In this document: positions 48,906-59,337 of the stretch, piece after piece
How positions within the stretch are numbered: position 1 is the stretch's first letter
How the letters are laid out: each line of letters starts with the position of its first letter
Source of the DNA: an uncultured delta proteobacterium
Lineage (GTDB): Bacteria > Desulfobacterota > Binatia > UBA9968
NCBI GenBank assembly: GCA_963727625.1
Contig: CAVSHR010000005.1
Location: forward strand, 736,001-800,000
DNA: 64,000 bases
Direction: 5' to 3'
The notes under the pieces: model-generated
What the model was told of the DNA's origin: nothing
Seen by the model: the letters and a program-made list of their open reading frames with translations, nothing else
Database searches by the model: none
Made by a program: the position numbers and the translations under genes

Positions 48906-51827
48906 ATGTATCGTTTTTCCATGACCCCCACGGCGCGCACCGGGCTAAGGTTCATTAGCATATTCTTCGCTTTACTTGCGTTCATTTACGTCTCGCTCTT
49001 TTTCGTTGTTCAGTCGGCCAAGGTTCGAACCTGGATACAGGCAGAGCTGTCGGGACGAAGCGGCACTGAAATACGCGTTGCGTCGCTTCACCTGCTTCCG
49101 CCGATGATTATCCGTGCCGACGGTGTGGAGATTTCCAAGCCTGGGGAATTTCTGCTGAAGAGTCGCCGGCTAACCGCGACGATCACGCCGCTGGATCTTT
49201 TTTCAAAAACCATTCATCGCTTAAAATTCGAAGAGCCGGTGCTTGAGCTCGACGTCCTCGAAATGAGCCAATCGCCGGACAAAACAACCGGCCAAATCGC
49301 GCTCCGCAATTTAAATGTTCAAGGTGGCACAATCATCTTAAAAAAAGGCGAGAGTGTTATTTTTGAGCTACCGAAGATCAACTTGGACGCGCAGAATTTT
49401 AACCTTGGCGAGCAAGCCGGGATGAAGCTTCAAGCCGATATTCCCCAGCTCGACGGCGCAGCGGAGCTTCGGCTCGCCGGTCGACTTTCCGGCCTACAAG
49501 CGGAGATCGTCATCCGTCCGAAGAAGACGCCGCGCCCGTTTGGCACGCAAAAAACCGACGGCGCAGCGCCCGAGTTATTGCATCTCAAGGCCAGCATGCA
49601 TCTGCCGGACCAAGGGGCCGCCGAAGCCGAGATCGAGACTAAATTTCAAGGTTTAGGAATTGGTGACACCAAGTTTAGCGGCTCACTCGACGCGCGCGTC
49701 GGGCTCAACCGTGAATTCACCGCCGCCGAATTCACCGGCCAATTAACTTTAGAAAGCTTGCCCCAAGCGCTCGTGTCGGCGGCGTTCAAGATTCCCAATG
49801 GCTCCAGTGCCGCGAATTTTTTCGGCAGACTTGCGATTCCTGAAAAACGACTGACATTTAAATTACTGCGGCTCGTCTCACCTATGGGCAGCGGCACCGG
49901 CGAGGGTGAAATGGTTTTTGTTGCGCAACCGCATATTTCAAAAGCGAATCTGCGCTGGCGCGACGCGCCGCTAGAAATTTTGCAACCGCTCCTTCCCGCG
50001 CCTTTGACTCGCTGGAATTACAACGGGCGCGGGCAAATCAACGCCGAGTTAACGGGAGCGTGGAATGCGCCCCAGGTCAAAGGTATCGCGCGCGGGGACA
50101 GCATCCAGGTTCGCAGCGATAACGTCAAGGTCGCGAGTGTCAAATTCGTAGCACCCTTCGAGTGGAATTCTCCGACCTTGCACATAAAAGAAGCGACGCT
50201 CGACGCGGCGAATTTCATTTACGTTCGCGAGAATCGCTGGCAGTTGGCGGCCGCGCGCATCCAAGCGAGCGCGTCGTCCACATTCACGGCCAACGAGCCG
50301 TGGAAAATCAGTGGCCGCTTCGAAACCACTGGCGGCAAGTTCAATTCGCCCGACAGCGCCAAGGTCGGCGAGAATTTGGCGCTCAGCGGATCTTTCGAAG
50401 CCGCGCCTCGTTCCGGCGCCGACTCCCTCAGTCTGGCCGGCAAAGTCAAAGTTAGCACCGGAGAATTGCTTTGGGGCAAATTTTTCGGTGATCTGAAAAC
50501 CCAAAAGCCGGAACTCGATTTCGACGCGGATTATTTTAAAAGCGCGGATCGACTCGACTGCCGACGCTGCAGTTTAAGTCTCGCCGATGTCGGCACAGTC
50601 GACGGGAGCGGCTCCATCAACCGCATCAGCACCGCTCCCGAGCTCCGCCTGCGGGCGCGCAGCGGGAATTTTTCGCCCGGCGCATTCTTCAATTTTTTTC
50701 TGCGCGAAACCTACAATCGTCGATTTCCCCTGCTCGACCAGCTCGCTTTGAGCGGGCAGCTCGCTTTTCAAACTGAAATACGCGGCGGCCTGAGCGATCT
50801 TTCGGTCGAAGGCGAGCTCGCGTTCAAGGCCGGCGAGATTCGAGTGAAATCCTGGAACTGGCAAATCGGGCCGCTGGCATTGAACCTTCCTTTCCAAGCC
50901 CGCTGGCCCGATGCCAAGAAGACTTCGCCCGGCGAGCAACGAATCGGCTCGCTGACCATCGACAGGGCACGATTCGGCGACCAATCGTTGGGGCCGATCA
51001 AGACCACCCTCTCCCTGGCCAACAACGCATTGCGCTTTCACCAACCGATTCGCTTGGCGCTGTTCGGCGGCGAGGTTTTGCTTGGAAATCTTTCCTGGCC
51101 GAATGTGCTGAAAGACCCAAAACAACTATCGTTCTCGCTTGAAAGCAAGCAACTGGAGCTTCAAGGACTTACCCGAGCTTTTAATTGGCCGCCTTTCAGC
51201 GGCACCTTGACCGGCTCGATTCCTGAAGTGCAATCGGTGGGCAATACGCTCAGGACCAACGGCGAGATTCAAGCGAAACTTTTCGGCGGCCGCCTAAGCA
51301 TGAGCAAGCTCGAGTTGGAAAATCCATTTTCATCCCTCGCCGCGTTCAAACTCGATGCCAAATTGGCGGATATTCAGCTCGAACAATTATCGAAGACCTT
51401 TGCCTTTGGACGAATCTCGGGCATTTTGGAAGGGACCGTCGATGATCTCATCGTTTCCGACGGCCAACCCGCCGAATTCAGCGCCGACCTGCATTCGGTG
51501 GATCGCGGCGCCGAGCAAAGGATCAGCGTGGAAGCGCTCAACAAGATCACCGTTTTGAGCTCGGGACAAAATGCCGGCGCTTTGTACGGCGGTCTCGCCG
51601 GTTTTTTCGACAGCTTTCGCTATAGCAAGTTGGGCTTCAAAGCGGTCTTGCGCAACGATCGGCTGACGTTACGCGGAGTCGAAACCCGCGGCGCAGAGGA
51701 ATATCTTGTCGTCGGCAGTTTTCTTCCGCCGACGGTAAACATCGTCAGCCACACTCAGAACATCGCCTTTTCCGAGCTCATGCGACGCTTGAAAAGAATT
51801 AAATCGAACAAACCCGAAGTCAAATAA
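48906..51827 (+). CDS. AsmA-like / YdbH-like intermembrane bridge protein
   Basis: N-terminal TM anchor, long repeated beta-strand body, C-terminal FRYSKLGFKAVLRND...PTVNIVSH; followed by a YdbL-like gene. Confidence 0.7.
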   Translation: MYRFSMTPTARTGLRFISIFFALLAFIYVSLFFVVQSAKVRTWIQAELSGRSGTEIRVASLHLLPPMIIRADGVEISKPGEFLLKSRRLTATITPLDLFSKTIHRLKFEEPVLELDVLEMSQSPDKTTGQIALRNLNVQGGTIILKKGESVIFELPKINLDAQNFNLGEQAGMKLQADIPQLDGAAELRLAGRLSGLQAEIVIRPKKTPRPFGTQKTDGAAPELLHLKASMHLPDQGAAEAEIETKFQGLGIGDTKFSGSLDARVGLNREFTAAEFTGQLTLESLPQALVSAAFKIPNGSSAANFFGRLAIPEKRLTFKLLRLVSPMGSGTGEGEMVFVAQPHISKANLRWRDAPLEILQPLLPAPLTRWNYNGRGQINAELTGAWNAPQVKGIARGDSIQVRSDNVKVASVKFVAPFEWNSPTLHIKEATLDAANFIYVRENRWQLAAARIQASASSTFTANEPWKISGRFETTGGKFNSPDSAKVGENLALSGSFEAAPRSGADSLSLAGKVKVSTGELLWGKFFGDLKTQKPELDFDADYFKSADRLDCRRCSLSLADVGTVDGSGSINRISTAPELRLRARSGNFSPGAFFNFFLRETYNRRFPLLDQLALSGQLAFQTEIRGGLSDLSVEGELAFKAGEIRVKSWNWQIGPLALNLPFQARWPDAKKTSPGEQRIGSLTIDRARFGDQSLGPIKTTLSLANNALRFHQPIRLALFGGEVLLGNLSWPNVLKDPKQLSFSLESKQLELQGLTRAFNWPPFSGTLTGSIPEVQSVGNTLRTNGEIQAKLFGGRLSMSKLELENPFSSLAAFKLDAKLADIQLEQLSKTFAFGRISGILEGTVDDLIVSDGQPAEFSADLHSVDRGAEQRISVEALNKITVLSSGQNAGALYGGLAGFFDSFRYSKLGFKAVLRNDRLTLRGVETRGAEEYLVVGSFLPPTVNIVSHTQNIAFSELMRRLKRIKSNKPEVK

Positions 51828-51838
51828 CTGGAGGAATT

Positions 51839-52414
51839 ATGCTTAAACGAACGATCTTTCTTGCGGTATTTTTCGCCAGCTCCTGCGTGACCGTGAATAT
51901 TTATTTTCCCGCCGCCGCGGTGGAACGGGCCGCCGATCAAATCGTCAAAGAAACCTGGGGCGAGGCGGGAAAAACCCCGGCCAAACCCCAGAGCCGCGCA
52001 TGGGAAATTCCGTTCCGCCTTGCAGCGTTGGGGTATGTCGGCCAAGCCGAGGCCCAGGAAGCGGACATCAACATATCGAACCCGGCGATTCGCGCACTCA
52101 AAAAATCGATCAAAGCGCGCGCCGATGCGATCAAACCCTTCATGGACCGCGGCAACATCGGTATAGCGCAAGACGGACTGTTGATGATACGCACGGCCGA
52201 CGGTCTCAATCTCAAGGAACGCGCCGAGACCAAGCAATTGGTCGATGCCGAGAATCGCGATCGCGAAGCTCTCTACGCCGAGATCGCAAAGGCGAATAAT
52301 ATTTCCAAGGACAGTATCCCGAAAATCAAAGCGATCTTCGCTAAAAGTTGGATCGAGCAGGCGCGACCCGGATGGTGGATCCAGGACAGCCAGGGCAATT
52401 GGAAAAGAAAATAG
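51839..52414 (+). CDS. YdbL (DUF1318) family lipoprotein
   Basis: GGAGG SD; lipobox-like FASSC then VTVNIYFP; DGLL...LVDAENRDREALYAEIAKAN...ARPGWWIQDSQGNW. Confidence 0.82.
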   Translation: MLKRTIFLAVFFASSCVTVNIYFPAAAVERAADQIVKETWGEAGKTPAKPQSRAWEIPFRLAALGYVGQAEAQEADINISNPAIRALKKSIKARADAIKPFMDRGNIGIAQDGLLMIRTADGLNLKERAETKQLVDAENRDREALYAEIAKANNISKDSIPKIKAIFAKSWIEQARPGWWIQDSQGNWKRK

Positions 52415-52478
52415 GATCCAATTTTCTCTTGCGCGACAAAGACAAGATTAAATGACTTGGGAAAGTCACGGCGGGTTG

Positions 52479-55400
52479 TCAGTAGCGCTTGTGCCAGATG
52501 AGGTCGATGCCGTTGGAACCGGTGCTTGTGGTGGAAGTGCCGAACTTCCAGTCCGGCGCGAGCCGGTATTCGACCGAAACTTCGCGGCCGCGCTCGCCGG
52601 AGAGCTCCTGGGAAGCTGAAACATAGGTGTCGCGCCCGACGTACCGGCCGAAGCCGACCCGGCCGCCGGTAAAGTCCACCTCGCGGATATCCACTCCCAA
52701 GCTATCGAGCCCGAGCGCCTCGGAAACCGAATTGGCGATTCTCCCGGCGACGTAACCGCCGGTGATGTTGAGCGCACTTTGTTGCAACGAACCCTGCTCC
52801 TTTTGATTTAACGCCGCAGTGGGTTTGCCGAAGATCAACAGCGCGAGAATATCGGCTTGTTCCAGGCGCGGCTGGCTGGTCAGGGTTAACGACGGTTTCT
52901 CGGCGGTTCCGCCGATGATCGCGTCCACCTGATACTGCGGCAATCGATATTGGGCCAAAATGTCGAGGGCGGGATTGATTTTGTCGCCGCCGCTAAATTC
53001 GATACTGCCACGCGTCAGCTCGAACCGCCGCCCCTGGAATGCGAACCAACCCCGGGCCATCTCGATGCGACCGGTCAAATCCAGATCTTGGTTCGGCGCC
53101 TTGCGCGCCTGGATTTCACCTGAGAGCTCCGAGACCAGCTCGGGATGCCGGATCCAAAGATTACCTGGGGCTCGCAACTTGAGATCCAGGCTGAGTTTCT
53201 TGAAATATTCGCTATCGGTTAGATTGGCGCGCTGCGGTTTTTGCGGCAGCGGCTGCCGCCCTGCGCCGTTGTTTTTCACGATAACGATCGTCTGGTCGCG
53301 CTTCAGCGACACCTTGCTGACCTCCAAAAAAGCTAGATCCGGACGCAGCGAACCTTCGATCACCTCGACTTGCCCGGTTATTTTGGGCGCGACCAAGGTT
53401 CCTTGCACCTCGACGTTACCGGCGATCTTGACTTGATGGCGCAGCGTTTCTATCGCCGGCCAGCGCCGTGCATTGAGCGCGAGCTTGAACGCGCCGACGT
53501 CTAGATTTTTGAGCGCAAGCGAGCCGTTGCCGCGGATCTCGCCGTCTTTGGCTTTGGCCGTAAGCTCCCTGAAGGTCAACACCTGTGACGCCAAATTGCC
53601 CGCGACGGCGATCTCGTTAATGTCGATGCCAATGGGAACGATCTTCGCCTTGCCATCGCGCAAGCGAAACTGGCCGCGCAGATCCGGCTGCTTGAGCGAG
53701 CCGCGCGCCGTCATGTCGAGAGAGACTTCACCGCCGATGTCTTCGACCGTCTTGCCGCTAAAAGCATTTAGGAAGCCGAGACTGATTCCCGCACTTTGAA
53801 CGCGAAAATCGACACCCTCGGCAAGTTCGGCGCGCATGCCGTTATGCCAACTTAGATCGACCGGCAATGTCCCGCCACCGTTGAGGACATGGGTAGGATC
53901 CTGACGCACCGCCACGCGCAGCGTAACCCGCTTGTCTTTATAGCTCGCGTCGGCGCTCGCGCCCGCATAGGCTTGACCGGCAAGGGTCGCATCGCTCAAG
54001 CGCACCGACGCCGCGATCTCCGGCGCCGATGCCGTGCCGGCGATCTGCGCCTTGAGCGCAACGAGTCCGGTCATGCTGGGCTGCTTCGGCAAGTACTCCG
54101 AAAGCGTTTTGAGCGGCAGGCCGTCCGCATCGAGCATCAAATTTTGCGGTCCTGAAAAACCGAAGGTACCCCGCAACGATGCTTTTTGTGTGCCGTTCCG
54201 CAGGGTCAGCGAGTCGATGACAAACATCGCTTCGCGTTGATTCAGCGTCGCCGGTTGCACCAGTTTCCACGAACCGTCGGGTAAAGCCAGCGAAGCTTGG
54301 TCGAGATGCACCGTCAAGCCGCCGGATGGAAATTGCACCGATCCGGCGAGCGTGTGCTTGCGGTTGCGCTCATCCTGCGCGGAGATGTCGAGTTGAATCA
54401 CTTTAGCAGGCTGCCGAACCAGCTTCGCGTTGGCATCGACCCGGCGCAAAGATAATCCCGCGTCAAGCGCGGTTAGACGCAGGGTGACGGTTCCCTGCGG
54501 AAACATTTCTTCCTTTGATCCCTGCAGAGCGAATGTGATGCTACCTTCGCGGAGCGAGGTCCCGTCCATCCGCACACCCGCCAGGCGCGCGCTCCCTTCG
54601 GTTCTGAGGTCTGCGAGATTTCCGCGCACTACACCGGTGAGATCGATCGCTCCGGAACCTTTGCGTTGGATCAGCGCCAGCCACGGGGAAACATCAGCGA
54701 CGCGCAGCCGGTAGTCGAGCTTGCCGCCCACTTTAGCGTCGAGCCCGAGCTCGCCGGTGGCGCTGAGTGTCGACTCCGCCGTGCCGAGCACAGCGCGCGC
54801 GATGCGGAATTTCTTATCGCTGAGGAGCGCGCTCACCTCGCCCTGTTTAATTTTCACCGGGCCCAAGGTCGATGGCAGGATGCGCAACTCGGCACGTGTG
54901 TGCATAGCGGCGAGACTGAATCCCTCACCCTTCACGGTACCGCGAAAGTTGAGCTTCCCCTTCAGCGTTTCGTCGCTTCGCATGGTTTTTTCCACGTCGA
55001 GATCTTGCACCGACAGCGCCAATTCGTAGGTTGGCCGTCGTTCGCCAAACGCTATCTTACCGCTCCAGTTGGCGCCACCCAACTTACTCTTGAGATTGCC
55101 GTCGAACGCAGCCACGCTGTCCTGCAGGCGGCCGTCCAGCGCCACCAGGCCGAGAGCCCACCCTTGTGCTTCGGCGGAGTGAATTTCCAAATTTGCTTTG
55201 GCTCTGGTATCCGCCAACGCAAAGCCGTCGCCGCCCGCTTCTACCGTTCCGCTGACGACTCCGGCCAATTCCTGGTTATCGAGCCAGCGGCGCAGATCCA
55301 AACCGCTGAGTGTCATTGTCGCCGTGTAACGCGGCCTGTCATGCGCGACATCGGCGCGGAACCTGCCGACGATCGTCGCCCCCGCGGCACCGAGCGCCAG

Positions 55401-56279
55401 GTCGCCATGTAGAGCGTCGAGAGTGCCGTCGATGGACAGACGGCCCACGATATCGTGCTTCAATCGCAAGTCCGGCGCGAAGAAAGCGATGTCCGCCGGC
55501 GCCAGCTTCTCCAGCGCCGCCCGCGCGGTAATTTTCAGCGCCTTACCTTCGGCGATTTGACCGTTCAGCTTTACGCGTGAATTACGGCTGACAGCCCAGA
55601 GATCTTTTATGTTCAAAACACCGGGCGAAGCGGCGCTCTGGCGGTAGTCGAGCCCGCCCTTGAGACGCAGCTCCGGCTGCCCTGCGGCGGTCAGCAGGGT
55701 TGCGAATTCCGGCAGATTTACGGCGATGCCTGCGGGTCGCACCGCAAGATCGCCGCTCAGGTTAAAATCTTTCAGTTGATAGTTCTTGGCGCCGGCGAAG
55801 TGGAGCTCAATGGCGGCATGGCTTAAACGGATCGACCGCACCGTGACCGTTAAACCACCGGGCGATTCAGGCTCCGGCCGTCGCGCTGATAGCGCTTCGA
55901 TCACGTTCCATTTTCCACCTTGGTCCTGTTGCAACTTAGCCTCAGCTTGCGCGGCCTCGATTTGCCCAACCTGCAATCGACCAAAAATTAGCGGCAGCAA
56001 GGAAAAGCCGACCTGCAAGCGGGGAAGTTTAACGATTTCGGCCCGGTCGTCGCGCAGCGTGACATTATAGAGCGTCAGGTTACCCCAGACCGAGCCCTCC
56101 AAGCGTTCGACCGCCACAGAACCGCAAATCGCGTCGTTGATCGCCGTGATCATCTGCTCGCGTGCCCAACGGTTAAAATTCTCCGTTCGGCTGTAAAGCG
56201 CCGCCGCCACAATGACAAGGGTTAACAGCAAGCCAAGTCCGAGCGCCGACCATTTTATGAAGGGCCAAAATCTCCGCAA
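52479..56279 (-). CDS. tamB: Translocation and assembly module TamB (AsmA-like, DUF490 C-terminus)
   Basis: N-terminal TM, 1266-aa beta-rich body, C-terminal NPALDILA...LTSQPRLEQADILALLIFG...GRYV...; TTG start abuts the tamA stop. Confidence 0.88.
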   Translation of the reverse strand: MRRFWPFIKWSALGLGLLLTLVIVAAALYSRTENFNRWAREQMITAINDAICGSVAVERLEGSVWGNLTLYNVTLRDDRAEIVKLPRLQVGFSLLPLIFGRLQVGQIEAAQAEAKLQQDQGGKWNVIEALSARRPEPESPGGLTVTVRSIRLSHAAIELHFAGAKNYQLKDFNLSGDLAVRPAGIAVNLPEFATLLTAAGQPELRLKGGLDYRQSAASPGVLNIKDLWAVSRNSRVKLNGQIAEGKALKITARAALEKLAPADIAFFAPDLRLKHDIVGRLSIDGTLDALHGDLALGAAGATIVGRFRADVAHDRPRYTATMTLSGLDLRRWLDNQELAGVVSGTVEAGGDGFALADTRAKANLEIHSAEAQGWALGLVALDGRLQDSVAAFDGNLKSKLGGANWSGKIAFGERRPTYELALSVQDLDVEKTMRSDETLKGKLNFRGTVKGEGFSLAAMHTRAELRILPSTLGPVKIKQGEVSALLSDKKFRIARAVLGTAESTLSATGELGLDAKVGGKLDYRLRVADVSPWLALIQRKGSGAIDLTGVVRGNLADLRTEGSARLAGVRMDGTSLREGSITFALQGSKEEMFPQGTVTLRLTALDAGLSLRRVDANAKLVRQPAKVIQLDISAQDERNRKHTLAGSVQFPSGGLTVHLDQASLALPDGSWKLVQPATLNQREAMFVIDSLTLRNGTQKASLRGTFGFSGPQNLMLDADGLPLKTLSEYLPKQPSMTGLVALKAQIAGTASAPEIAASVRLSDATLAGQAYAGASADASYKDKRVTLRVAVRQDPTHVLNGGGTLPVDLSWHNGMRAELAEGVDFRVQSAGISLGFLNAFSGKTVEDIGGEVSLDMTARGSLKQPDLRGQFRLRDGKAKIVPIGIDINEIAVAGNLASQVLTFRELTAKAKDGEIRGNGSLALKNLDVGAFKLALNARRWPAIETLRHQVKIAGNVEVQGTLVAPKITGQVEVIEGSLRPDLAFLEVSKVSLKRDQTIVIVKNNGAGRQPLPQKPQRANLTDSEYFKKLSLDLKLRAPGNLWIRHPELVSELSGEIQARKAPNQDLDLTGRIEMARGWFAFQGRRFELTRGSIEFSGGDKINPALDILAQYRLPQYQVDAIIGGTAEKPSLTLTSQPRLEQADILALLIFGKPTAALNQKEQGSLQQSALNITGGYVAGRIANSVSEALGLDSLGVDIREVDFTGGRVGFGRYVGRDTYVSASQELSGERGREVSVEYRLAPDWKFGTSTTSTGSNGIDLIWHKRY

Positions 56280-58115
56280 TTAAAAATAGGCTCCAATGCT
56301 AAAATGAATTTGCCAGGGCTTGTCTCCGGGCGGCGCTTTAAATGGAAATCCCACGTCCAGTCGCAGCGGTCCCACCGGGGTGGCGTAGCTCAGGCCGAAA
56401 CCGCCGGAGAACTGTAAATTCCCCAACGGCGGATCGAAGGCGCGCTTCGATACCTGGCCGAAATCGATGAACACCGCACCACTTAATTCTTTCCAGATCG
56501 GCCGGCGCAGTTCAACCGAGCCTTCGATAAGACTGAGACCGCCGAGAGGATCGTCGCTGGCGGTCAGGGGACCGAGCCGGCGCCGACCGTAACCGCGCAC
56601 ACTCTTCTCACCGCCGGAATAGAAACGTTCGAATAGGGGATAGTTCTTGTCCGAGCCGATGGCGTCCGCGAGACCGAGTTTCAGACGGCTGGCGAAAACC
56701 GTCTGCCAACCGATATCGACGTACTTCTTCGCTTCCGCGGTTATTTTATAAAAGCTGAAATCACCGCCCCAAATCGCTCCGGCCTGACCGAACACCAGCG
56801 AAATGACTTCGCCCTTCTTCGGGTTGAACGGATCATCCGCCGTGTTCCAGACCATTCCCGCCGTCGGTCCCGACACGAAGCCTTCGCGCCGTAATTCTCC
56901 CAACGCCTGTGCCGTCGCCGCGGCGATGTCGTTGAGCTTGTTGTATTCGAATCGATAACCGATAAAGCCGGTGAGCGAGGAGGAAAAGCGATGATCCAGG
57001 CGCGGCGCCAAGCGAGAAACGTTGCGCAAATAAGTCTGCTCGATTTCTTGATCATAACGGAAATCGACGATTCCTCGCGTGCGCGGCGTAAGAAAATGGG
57101 GCTGAATAAAGTTCACCGCCCCGGCAATATTGATCGAGGAGTATTTCCCCAGCACCGATAGACGCCGTCCGCCGCCCAGCCAATTCAAGTGGCGCCATTC
57201 CAGTTGGATACGGAATTGATCCTCGGTGCCGTAGCCCAGCGCGAGCTTTATATCCCGATAGGATCTTTCGCTAACTTCCACTTCCATCGGCACCACCGGC
57301 GAACCGTTCGCCGTCGGCGCCGGACCGACCCGGACAGCGCTAAAAAGTTCCAGCGCCAATAGTTTTGCCCGGGTTTCGACGACTTTCGACTGCGCATAGG
57401 TCTCACCGGCGTGATAGGCGAGCTCTCGGTAAATCAGCTCCGGATCAACCGACTCGGTCCCCTTCACTTCCGTTTGGCCGAAAACCGCAAGCGGACCAGG
57501 GTTGACCGAATAACGAATGCGGGCACGCTGTTCATCCAAGTCGACCTCGGCCTTGCGCTCGGTTTGCGCGTGCGCGTATCCCTCTTCCAGGAAGGAATTG
57601 CGCAGGTTCTGTTCCGCCTGCTGGTACTCAGCTTCGGAGAAGACATCGCCTCTCTTTACCGGCAAACTTTCCGGCAGCGACGGCGGCTTTTGACTGGGAT
57701 CGGTAGCCCTAACCGCAACATCCACTTGAGAAATTAGAACCGGCCGGCCTTCGTGCAGCGCGATCCGCGCGCTGACGAGCCCGCCCTCGTCGTCGACCGA
57801 CAGATCGTACGTCACAGCCGCGTCGTAGTATCCTCTTGCCTCGTAAAAACGCCGCAGTCGCTCCAGGTCGGTATCAAAAGTGATCGGATCGAACACCGGC
57901 CGCTCCTCCCAGAAGCGATACCAGGGACGCGTCGTCGTGACGATCGCGGCGCCCAATTCGTCCGCCGAAAACTTTTTATTTCCGGAGAATTCAATTTGCT
58001 CAACGCGCCATTGCCGCGCCGGATCGAGCGCGTCGATTAAAATCGCCGAAGCGCATTGCGGAAGGAGGAAAAATCCTGACAGAATACAGATGAGAATTTT
58101 ACTGCGCCGTTTCAC
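56280..58115 (-). CDS. tamA: Omp85/TamA-family outer membrane protein
   Basis: Signal peptide, POTRA repeats (IEFSGN, FYEARGY, EEGYAHA), RFYSGGEKSVRGY, TPVGPLRLD, C-terminal HFSIGAYF. Confidence 0.88.
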   Translation of the reverse strand: MKRRSKILICILSGFFLLPQCASAILIDALDPARQWRVEQIEFSGNKKFSADELGAAIVTTTRPWYRFWEERPVFDPITFDTDLERLRRFYEARGYYDAAVTYDLSVDDEGGLVSARIALHEGRPVLISQVDVAVRATDPSQKPPSLPESLPVKRGDVFSEAEYQQAEQNLRNSFLEEGYAHAQTERKAEVDLDEQRARIRYSVNPGPLAVFGQTEVKGTESVDPELIYRELAYHAGETYAQSKVVETRAKLLALELFSAVRVGPAPTANGSPVVPMEVEVSERSYRDIKLALGYGTEDQFRIQLEWRHLNWLGGGRRLSVLGKYSSINIAGAVNFIQPHFLTPRTRGIVDFRYDQEIEQTYLRNVSRLAPRLDHRFSSSLTGFIGYRFEYNKLNDIAAATAQALGELRREGFVSGPTAGMVWNTADDPFNPKKGEVISLVFGQAGAIWGGDFSFYKITAEAKKYVDIGWQTVFASRLKLGLADAIGSDKNYPLFERFYSGGEKSVRGYGRRRLGPLTASDDPLGGLSLIEGSVELRRPIWKELSGAVFIDFGQVSKRAFDPPLGNLQFSGGFGLSYATPVGPLRLDVGFPFKAPPGDKPWQIHFSIGAYF

Positions 58116-58378
58116 CCATTATTATTATCATCTCGATGGAGCCTAAGGAATAAGGCTTGGCGGCACGCGCTAAAATAAATTCCTTGGACCGCATTCGTGA
58201 TCGGGATGATCCCGGCAGAGAAGAAAATGAACCGTCGCCATTGAGCAGTGGTTGCAGCGCAACTTCGGGGTGAAGCCATGTTGAACCGAGCCGCAGGATT
58301 TTCATAGACGGATCACACGGCGAATGGAAACCCGCTCAGATCAAACTCAAAACGCGAGAGCCGAGACGCAAAAAAGAC

Positions 58379-59194
58379 TTAACCTCCCTTGCCTAACTCC
58401 CGGGACCGTTTCGTCGCGCTCACCACTGCGTCCATCACCGTGCCGCGAAAACCCTTTTGTTCCATGGCGTAAATGCCGGCGATGGTGGTACCACCGGGAG
58501 AGGTTACTTCATCCTTCAACTCGCCGAGATGCTTGGTGCTCTCGAGCGCCATGCGCGCGGCGCCGTAAACCGTCTGCATCGCCAGCTTGAGCGCGACCTC
58601 GCGGGTGAGCCCTACCTGAACGCCTCCGTCGGCGAGCGCTTCCATGAACAGAAAAACATAAGCCGGCCCGCTGCCACTCAGCCCGGTGACCGCGTCCAAA
58701 TATTTTTCTTCCACTGCCATTCCAACGCCAAAACTATTAAGAATCGCGCCGACTTTTTCCAAGTCCGATGCCGTGGCATGAGCCCCGCCGGCGTAGCCGG
58801 CGGCGCCGGCGCCGACGACACAGGGGATATTGGGCATAACGCGCACCACTCGCGCGCCCGGCTCCAGTTGTGCTTCGATGCGCGCCAGCGGCACTCCGGC
58901 GGCGACCGAGACCAACAGCTTGCTCTTGCCGAGTTTCTTGGCGATCTGCTGGGCCACAGGATCGACGATCTGCGGTTTAACCGCCAAGATAACGATATCG
59001 GCGAAGTTACAGAGTTCCAGGTTGTCCGCCGTGGCGCGGATGCCGAGCTCCTCAGTAGCGGACTGCCGAAACGCTTCGCTCACGTCGCTGGTTATGACCT
59101 GTCCTTTGGCCACAAGCCCGGCATGAATGACCCCACGAGCGATTGCGGAACCAATTTTTCCCGCGCCGATAACGCCGATTTTTTCGGTCAACAC
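58379..59194 (-). CDS. proC: Pyrroline-5-carboxylate reductase
   Basis: IGVIGAGKIG, LAVKPQ, RVMPN, GLSGSGPAY, VTSPGGTT. Start placed at the GTG after GAGG. Confidence 0.95.
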   Translation of the reverse strand: MLTEKIGVIGAGKIGSAIARGVIHAGLVAKGQVITSDVSEAFRQSATEELGIRATADNLELCNFADIVILAVKPQIVDPVAQQIAKKLGKSKLLVSVAAGVPLARIEAQLEPGARVVRVMPNIPCVVGAGAAGYAGGAHATASDLEKVGAILNSFGVGMAVEEKYLDAVTGLSGSGPAYVFLFMEALADGGVQVGLTREVALKLAMQTVYGAARMALESTKHLGELKDEVTSPGGTTIAGIYAMEQKGFRGTVMDAVVSATKRSRELGKGG

Positions 59195-59276
59195 TGGAAC
59201 CTCCTGCGCAATCATCGATTGTCCGCCAGCATAAATCGTCAGGCCGGGAACTTCAAAGTCTCAGGCCGCCGGGCAA

Positions 59277-59311
59277 ATAAAAAAGCCCCCGCGGGCTTGC
59301 CAGGGGCTTTA
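59277..59311 (-). terminator. Intrinsic terminator after the spermidine-synthase-like gene
   Basis: Minus strand AAAGCCCC-tggcaagcccgcg-GGGGCTTTTTATT: GC stem followed by U-tract. Confidence 0.7.
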
Positions 59312-59337
59312 GCTGTAAGTCTGGGAACAACTCCCCG

